Source of the DNA: Escherichia coli
GTDB lineage: Bacteria; Pseudomonadota; Gammaproteobacteria; Enterobacterales; Enterobacteriaceae
NCBI RefSeq assembly: GCF_002854065.1
Contig: NZ_CP024147.1
Reading direction: 5' to 3' (one strand)
Length of the DNA: 64,000 nucleotides
Part shown: positions 58,395-64,000 of the stretch, piece after piece
How the letters are laid out: every line of letters starts with the position of its first letter
How positions within the stretch are numbered: the first letter of the stretch is position 1
Notes under the pieces: model-generated
What the model saw: the letters and a program-made list of their open reading frames with translations, nothing else
The model's database searches: none
Told to the model about the DNA's origin: nothing
Position numbers and translations under genes: made by a program

Positions 58395-59360
58395 ATGTCA
58401 GACTATCAAATGTTTGAAGTACAGGTGAGTCAGGTGGAACCGCTTACCGAACAGGTGAAACGCTTCACGCTGGTGGCAACCGATGGCAAACCATTACCTG
58501 CGTTTACTGGAGGAAGTCACGTCATTGTGCAGATGAGCGATGGTGATAACCAGTATAGCAATGCGTATTCACTGCTGAGTTCGCCTCTCGATACAACTCA
58601 TTATCAGATTGCCGTTCGACTGGAAGAAAACTCGCGCGGCGGTTCCCGCTTTTTGCATCAGCAGGTAAAAGTGGGCGATCGGTTAACGATCTCATCGCCT
58701 AATAACCTGTTTGCGCTAATTCCCTCAGCCAGAAAGCATCTGTTTATCGCGGGCGGTATTGGTATCACCCCTTTCCTGTCGCACATGGCAGAGTTGCAAC
58801 ACAGCGACGTCGACTGGCAGCTACATTACTGCTCGCGAAATCCAGAAAGTTGCGCATTTCGTGATGAGCTAGTCCAGCATCCGCAGGCTGAGAAAGTCCA
58901 TTTGCATCATTCATCAACCGGAACACGACTGGAATTAGCGCGATTATTGGCGGATATCGAACCTGGCACACACGTTTATACCTGTGGCCCCGAGGCGCTA
59001 ATTGAAGCGGTAAGAAGTGAAGCTGCGCGTCTGGACATCGCCGCCGATACGCTGCACTTTGAGCAATTTGCTATCGAAGACAAAACCGGCGATGCATTTA
59101 CCCTGGTGCTTGCCCGTTCCGGAAAAGAGTTTGTGGTGCCGGAAGAGATGACTATTTTGCAGGTTATTGAAAATAATAAAGCCGCGAAAGTGGAATGTTT
59201 ATGTCGTGAAGGGGTATGCGGAACCTGCGAAACGGCAATACTGGAAGGTGAAGCTGACCATCGGGATCAGTATTTTAGCGATGAAGAGCGTGCCAGCCAG
59301 CAAAGTATGTTGATCTGTTGTTCGCGTGCGAAGGGTAAACGCCTGGTGTTGGATTTGTAG
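58395..59360 (+). CDS. yeaX: oxidoreductase with FNR-like and 2Fe-2S ferredoxin domains (321 aa)
   Basis: C-terminal CREGVCGTCE 2Fe-2S motif. Confidence 0.85.
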   Translation: MSDYQMFEVQVSQVEPLTEQVKRFTLVATDGKPLPAFTGGSHVIVQMSDGDNQYSNAYSLLSSPLDTTHYQIAVRLEENSRGGSRFLHQQVKVGDRLTISSPNNLFALIPSARKHLFIAGGIGITPFLSHMAELQHSDVDWQLHYCSRNPESCAFRDELVQHPQAEKVHLHHSSTGTRLELARLLADIEPGTHVYTCGPEALIEAVRSEAARLDIAADTLHFEQFAIEDKTGDAFTLVLARSGKEFVVPEEMTILQVIENNKAAKVECLCREGVCGTCETAILEGEADHRDQYFSDEERASQQSMLICCSRAKGKRLVLDL

Positions 59361-59364
59361 TTTG

Positions 59365-59407
59365 CCGAAGCCGGATGTGGCGCTGAGCGCGCCCAGTCCG
59401 GCTTCGG
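59365..59407. terminator. hairpin between convergent yeaX and rnd
   Basis: CCGAAGCCGGA...TCCGGCTTCGG, 11-bp stem. Confidence 0.45.
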
Positions 59408-59413
59408 AAGATT

Positions 59414-60541
59414 TTACTGCGGATATTCCTGCAATAAATTGTGTAATGCTTCCGCCATCAGCTCACCACGCCAGCCGGAAATCAGCTCCGGCAAATTGTT
59501 CTGCGGTTTCAGTTTCCAGTGCCAGTTCAGCAGTTGGTTGATTTGCCGACGCGATGCCAGCAATTCGGCGCTGATCTTATGCGTTTCGCTCACATCAGTA
59601 ATCAGCGACTTAATCGCTTTAAACGCTTTACGATAACCCGGCATGTCCATCAGGTTAAGCATCGGCTGCGGTAAGGCATCTTCCGGCAATGTCTGCGCTT
59701 TTTCCACCAGCGCCAGCAGCGTTTTACCATGAAAGCGGATTTCGCTACCGGATAAACCCAGGCTGTCCAGTTCGCCTAAACTTCCCGGCATATAACGCGC
59801 TACCGACCACAAATGCTCTTCACGCACGACAAAGTTCACCGCCAGATCGCGCTCTCGCGCCTTGCGCAGTCGCCAGTCGGCTAACAGTTGCAGACAGGCC
59901 AGTTGGCGTGTGCGTAATTGCCAGGCATTGGTGATATCACGCCAGGCATCTTCCGGCGCAACGACTTCCTGACGACGCATTTGCATCAGGCGACATTCAT
60001 CCAGCGCCGCTGGTAGCCAGCCGGAGGCCTCCGTTTCTACCATAAGCTTGGCGGTGATCGGTAACAGATACCAGACATCCGCCGCTGCATATTCACACTG
60101 ACGTTCGGTCAGCGGTCTGGCCAGCCAGTCGGTGCGCGATTCACTCTTGTCCAGCGTAACGCCGGAATACTCTTCCACCATGGAAGCGAAACCCCATGAC
60201 ATCGGGCGTCCGCAGAAGGCAGCAAGGATTTGCGTGTCAATCAGGGGTTGTGGTAATTCGCCAAAGGCATTGAGGAACACTTCCAGATCTTCACTGCCTG
60301 CATGGAGAAATTTTGTGATGGACGGATCGCGCAGGATCGCTTTCAGCGGTGACCAGTCGGTGATCCCGAGAGGATCAATTAGCGCCAGATGCTCGCCATC
60401 GAAAAGTTGAATCAACCCCAGCTGCGGGTAATAAGTGCGCGTACGAACAAATTCAGTATCCAGGGCTATCGCCGGAAAGGCACGGACGGCTTCACACAAA
60501 GAAGCCAGCGCATCGTCCGTGGTAATCATTTGGTAATTCAA
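59414..60541 (-). CDS. rnd: ribonuclease D (375 aa), TTG start
   Basis: MNYQMITTDDALASLCEAVRAF...; codon at 60539-60541 is TTG on the coding strand. Confidence 0.9.
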   Translation of the reverse strand: MNYQMITTDDALASLCEAVRAFPAIALDTEFVRTRTYYPQLGLIQLFDGEHLALIDPLGITDWSPLKAILRDPSITKFLHAGSEDLEVFLNAFGELPQPLIDTQILAAFCGRPMSWGFASMVEEYSGVTLDKSESRTDWLARPLTERQCEYAAADVWYLLPITAKLMVETEASGWLPAALDECRLMQMRRQEVVAPEDAWRDITNAWQLRTRQLACLQLLADWRLRKARERDLAVNFVVREEHLWSVARYMPGSLGELDSLGLSGSEIRFHGKTLLALVEKAQTLPEDALPQPMLNLMDMPGYRKAFKAIKSLITDVSETHKISAELLASRRQINQLLNWHWKLKPQNNLPELISGWRGELMAEALHNLLQEYPQ

Positions 60542-60565
60542 ATTGTATTCTCTTTAGTGGGCGTC

Positions 60566-60591
60566 AAAAAAAACGCCGGATTAACCGGCGT
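60566..60591 (-). terminator. intrinsic terminator downstream of fadD
   Basis: Minus strand reads GACGCCGGTTAATCCGGCGTTTTTTTT. Confidence 0.6.
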
Positions 60592-60610
60592 CTGACGACT
60601 GACTTAACGC

Positions 60611-62296
60611 TCAGGCTTTATTGTCCACTTTGCCGCGCGCTTCGTCACGTAATTCTCGTCGCAAAATTTTTCCGACGTTAGATTTCGGTAACTCATCACG
60701 AAACTCCACCAGCTTCGGTACTTTGTAGCCCGTGAGCTGACGGCGGCAAAAGGTCACCAGTGACTCTTCGGTAAGCGATGGATCTTTTTTCACTACGAAG
60801 ATTTTCACCGCTTCACCACTGGAGCCGGAAGGTACGCCAACAGCCGCGACTTCCTGTACGCCAGGATGCTGCATGACGACATCTTCAATCTCGTTGGGAT
60901 AGACGTTAAAACCGGAAACCAGAATCATGTCTTTTTTACGATCGACAATGCGCAGGAATCCTTCTTCATCCATCACCGCGATGTCGCCAGTGTGTAACCA
61001 GCCATTTTTGATGATTTCATCGGTAGCATCCGGACGCTGCCAGTAACCCAGCATCACCTGCGGTCCTTTGACACAAAGCTCACCCGGTTGACCCGGTGGT
61101 ACTTCATTATCATCATCATCCACCAGTTTGGCTTCTGTTGACGGTACTGGTAGGCCGATACTGCCGCTGTGGTAATCAATATCGTACGGGTTAACACTTA
61201 CCAATGGCGCACATTCGGTTAAGCCATAACCTTCAAGCAGATATTGTCCGGTCAGTTTCACCCAACGCTCTGCCACCACTTGCTGCACTGGCATCCCACC
61301 GCCTGCGGAAAGATGCAGACTGGAGAAATCCAGCTGCTGGAAATCTTTATTGTTCAGCAACGCATTAAACAAGGTGTTAACGCCAGTGATAGCGGTAAAC
61401 GGATATTTCGCTAACTCTTTTACCAACCCTGGAATATCACGCGGGTTAGTGATAAGCAGGTTCTGCCCACCCAGTTCGATAAACAGCAGGCAGTTAATGG
61501 TCAGGGCAAAAATGTGATACAGCGGCAGTGCCGTTACTACCAGTTCTTTACCTGGATGCAGCAACGGCCCATAGGTGGCGTTGACCTGTTCCAGGTTCGC
61601 CAGCATATTGCGGTGAGTCAGCATCGCGCCTTTCGCCACACCTGTGGTGCCGCCGGTGTATTGCAGGAAGGCTAAATCTTCCGGCACCAGTTCGGGTTTG
61701 ACGTACTGCATCCGGTAGCCGTTATGCAGTGCGCTACGAAATGAAATGGCATCTGGCAGATGGTATTTCGGCACCAAACGCTTGATGTATTTAACAACGA
61801 AATTGACTACCGTGCCTTTTGCCGTAGATAGCTGATCGCCCATACGGGTCAGAATTACGTGCTGAACGGCGGTTTTATCAACCACTTTTTCCAGTGTGTG
61901 AGCAAAGTTAGACACGATAACAATCGCCGATGCGCCGCTATCGTTAAGCTGATGCTCAAGCTCACGCGGGGTATACAACGGGTTAACGTTTACGACGATC
62001 ATCCCGGCACGCAAAATGCCAAACAGCGCCACCGGATATTGCAATAAATTAGGCATCATCAACGCAACGCGATCGCCTTTCTTCAGCCCCAACCCTTGTT
62101 GCAAATAAGCGGCAAACGCGCGACTGCGTTCTTCCAGCTTGCGGAAGGTCATCACCTCCCCCATATTCACAAACGCAGGCTGATCAGCGTAGCGCGCGAC
62201 CGACTGCTCAAACATATCTACCAGAGATTGATAACGGTCAGGGTTGATCTCCGTCGGAACGTCCGCGGGATAACGGTTAAGCCAAACCTTCTTCAA
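60611..62296 (-). CDS. fadD: long-chain fatty acid-CoA ligase (561 aa), TTG start
   Basis: ORF 60611..62362; start at TTG ([17 protein letters not shown]) preceded by GAGGTGAAG RBS; AMP-binding motifs. Confidence 0.9.
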   Translation of the reverse strand: MKKVWLNRYPADVPTEINPDRYQSLVDMFEQSVARYADQPAFVNMGEVMTFRKLEERSRAFAAYLQQGLGLKKGDRVALMMPNLLQYPVALFGILRAGMIVVNVNPLYTPRELEHQLNDSGASAIVIVSNFAHTLEKVVDKTAVQHVILTRMGDQLSTAKGTVVNFVVKYIKRLVPKYHLPDAISFRSALHNGYRMQYVKPELVPEDLAFLQYTGGTTGVAKGAMLTHRNMLANLEQVNATYGPLLHPGKELVVTALPLYHIFALTINCLLFIELGGQNLLITNPRDIPGLVKELAKYPFTAITGVNTLFNALLNNKDFQQLDFSSLHLSAGGGMPVQQVVAERWVKLTGQYLLEGYGLTECAPLVSVNPYDIDYHSGSIGLPVPSTEAKLVDDDDNEVPPGQPGELCVKGPQVMLGYWQRPDATDEIIKNGWLHTGDIAVMDEEGFLRIVDRKKDMILVSGFNVYPNEIEDVVMQHPGVQEVAAVGVPSGSSGEAVKIFVVKKDPSLTEESLVTFCRRQLTGYKVPKLVEFRDELPKSNVGKILRRELRDEARGKVDNKA

Positions 62297-62370
62297 TTCT
62301 TCACCTCTAAAATGCGTGTTCGTCGTCATCGCAACCCCAAATGATATACATGCCGTTAACATAATACTAA

Positions 62371-62390
62371 CTCATCATACCAGCTTGATA
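62371..62390 (-). promoter_or_regulatory. candidate FadR operator in the fadD promoter
   Basis: Minus strand ATCAAGCTGGTATGATGAG resembles the FadR half-site pattern (CTGGT...); position ~75 nt upstream of the fadD start. Confidence 0.35.
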
Positions 62391-62500
62391 ATTACCCAAC
62401 GAAAAGGTTGCGAAGCGCGTCACTATTTATTTTTATCTTTACCGTAAGAATGCAGAAACAGCGGACCAGCCGCTGTTTCTTTTTCTTTAAAAACAAGCAA

Positions 62501-63082
62501 TTATTCAGTTACAACTGTTTGTACTCTCGCGGGGCCGGGATTATACCAGCCCCATCCGCCGTAGCCATAGGGCCAGCCACGACCGCCATAAAACCATGGA
62601 TCAATCGGCTGAGGCGGCATAATCACCTGCTGGGTTAAATGCCAACGTTTGTAACCCGTTACTTGCATCACCATAAATTTATAGGGCGTGTTGCCGATTT
62701 TTCCGTCAACCGTACCGGTGATTGGCCCGACAACCGTCACCAGTTGTCCACGGAAATCCACCGGGTCCAGAAAACCGTTCACATCGGCATAAATGCGACC
62801 GCGAGAAGGTTCTCCCAGCGTCGGTCTGGCTCCGCTGTCCAGCGGTACGGTAGCAATTTCCAGGCGGGTTTTCCCTTGCTGGTTTTGCACCGCAACCACT
62901 TTGCCACCAAAGCGTGCCTCCTGACCAACGTACAGCTGCGGCGCACTCATCACCCGAACTAAATCTTGTTGCGGCGTGGGACTGCTGCCTTTAATGGCGT
63001 CCGGCACAGTGACACAACCGCTCAGCATTAGCGCAAACGTACCTGCCAGTATGCCTTTGATAACATTCTTTTGAACCGCCAT
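62501..63082 (-). CDS. yeaY: Slp-family outer membrane lipoprotein (193 aa)
   Basis: Signal peptide plus lipobox (LMLSGC). Confidence 0.8.
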   Translation of the reverse strand: MAVQKNVIKGILAGTFALMLSGCVTVPDAIKGSSPTPQQDLVRVMSAPQLYVGQEARFGGKVVAVQNQQGKTRLEIATVPLDSGARPTLGEPSRGRIYADVNGFLDPVDFRGQLVTVVGPITGTVDGKIGNTPYKFMVMQVTGYKRWHLTQQVIMPPQPIDPWFYGGRGWPYGYGGWGWYNPGPARVQTVVTE

Positions 63083-63121
63083 GATGCGACTCCTTTTTTT
63101 CTCAGGGCATACTCTTAAGAT

Positions 63122-63817
63122 TCATTCTTTGCCCGGAAGTTTCTTCCATGCGACGTTGTTACGTAAATAAACCGGTTCGGCATGTTCCACCGCCACCGTT
63201 TTACCCTCGGCAAACATCTGACAAGCAATCGGCAGCATATCTTCTGCAGCGGGCAGTAAAACTTCTCCGTCGCGCAAAACCAGCCCGCTCTCTTTACCGA
63301 GATCCGGCCAGGCTTGCCAGCCCGTCCCTACCGTCACCCATTCGCCGGAAAGCTGTTGCATTCGTTCATGAACGAGTTCGGGTTTGAGTACGGCTTCGGT
63401 TTCTTCACCGTGCCAGATACCGTTTTCATCACGCTGATATTCGGCCCAGTAAACTTCGCCCATCCGCGCATCAATGGCAGCCAGCACGCGCGTTGCGCCG
63501 TTTTTGCGCCACGCCCCCTGCGCCATCGTCATGAGCGTGGAGACGCCAATCATCGGCAGCGCCGCGCCAAGTGCCAGCCCCTGCGCAATGCCAATACCAA
63601 TGCGCACGCCGGTAAAACTACCGGGGCCGCGCCCGTAGGCCAGAGCATCAATATCAGAGAGGGAGGTACCGCTGGTGGTCAGGATATCCTGTACCATCGG
63701 TAAGATTCGTTGAGTATGTTCACGAGGGCAAAGCTCAAAATGAGCGTTGACAGTACCGTCGTTCCACAGGGCGACAGAGCAGGCCTCTGTCGCGGTATCG
63801 ATAGCCAGAATTCGCAT
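63122..63817 (-). CDS. tsaB: tRNA t6A37 threonylcarbamoyladenosine biosynthesis protein TsaB (231 aa)
   Basis: [21 protein letters not shown]...; ASKHA fold pattern. Confidence 0.9.
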   Translation of the reverse strand: MRILAIDTATEACSVALWNDGTVNAHFELCPREHTQRILPMVQDILTTSGTSLSDIDALAYGRGPGSFTGVRIGIGIAQGLALGAALPMIGVSTLMTMAQGAWRKNGATRVLAAIDARMGEVYWAEYQRDENGIWHGEETEAVLKPELVHERMQQLSGEWVTVGTGWQAWPDLGKESGLVLRDGEVLLPAAEDMLPIACQMFAEGKTVAVEHAEPVYLRNNVAWKKLPGKE

Positions 63818-63874
63818 GGGTCTTCGTGCTTAGATCAATAAAAAGGCGCGCATCATACCATACTCCGTAACAAA

Positions 63875-64000
63875 TTACCTGGAGGATGGTATCGCAAGGA
63901 AACGAACCGCACGGGCAATGTCACGGGTGCGTGGCGCGGGCGGCAGACTGGCGAGAAACGTCGCACCGTAAGGACGCATCACCAGCCGATTGTCACAAAT
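63875..64000 (-). CDS. yoaA: C-terminal 41 codons of a DinG-family helicase gene (5' part beyond window end)
   Basis: Reverse-strand frame open from window edge to TAA at 63875-63877 (...RPYGATFLASLPPAPRTRDIARAVRFLAIPSSR*); identity by synteny with tsaB. Confidence 0.6.
   Translation of the reverse strand: MCDNRLVMRPYGATFLASLPPAPRTRDIARAVRFLAIPSSR

Overview
This window reads as a contiguous Escherichia coli-type chromosomal segment, collinear with my recollection of the K-12 map from the ast operon to yoaA. Gene order: astD (partial), astA, astC, xthA, ydjXYZ-ynjABCD, ynjE, ynjF, nudG, ynjH, gdhA, ynjI, topB, selD, ydjA, sppA, one extra ORF, ansA-pncA, ydjE, ydjF, ydjGHIJKL, yeaC-msrB, gapA, yeaD, yeaE, mipA, yeaGH, yeaI, yeaJ, yeaK, yoaI, yeaL, yeaM, yeaN, yeaO, yoaF, yeaP, yoaK, yoaJ, yeaQ, yoaG-yeaR, leuE, dmlR-dmlA, yeaVWX, rnd, fadD, yeaY, tsaB, yoaA (partial). 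About 65 protein-coding genes are supported. I found no rRNA, tRNA, CRISPR array, insertion sequence, integrase or prophage signature. Most of the window is ordinary core genome. Two places deviate from the canonical K-12 arrangement as I remember it: a complete lipoprotein ORF with a SIMPL/DUF541-like pattern between sppA and ansA, and a ynjI reading frame broken into three frames. The other findings are poorly characterised but already annotated loci, plus sequence-level details such as non-ATG starts, sigma-54 promoters and overlapping convergent gene ends. All calls rest on reading the translations and recalled family knowledge; no database search was run.
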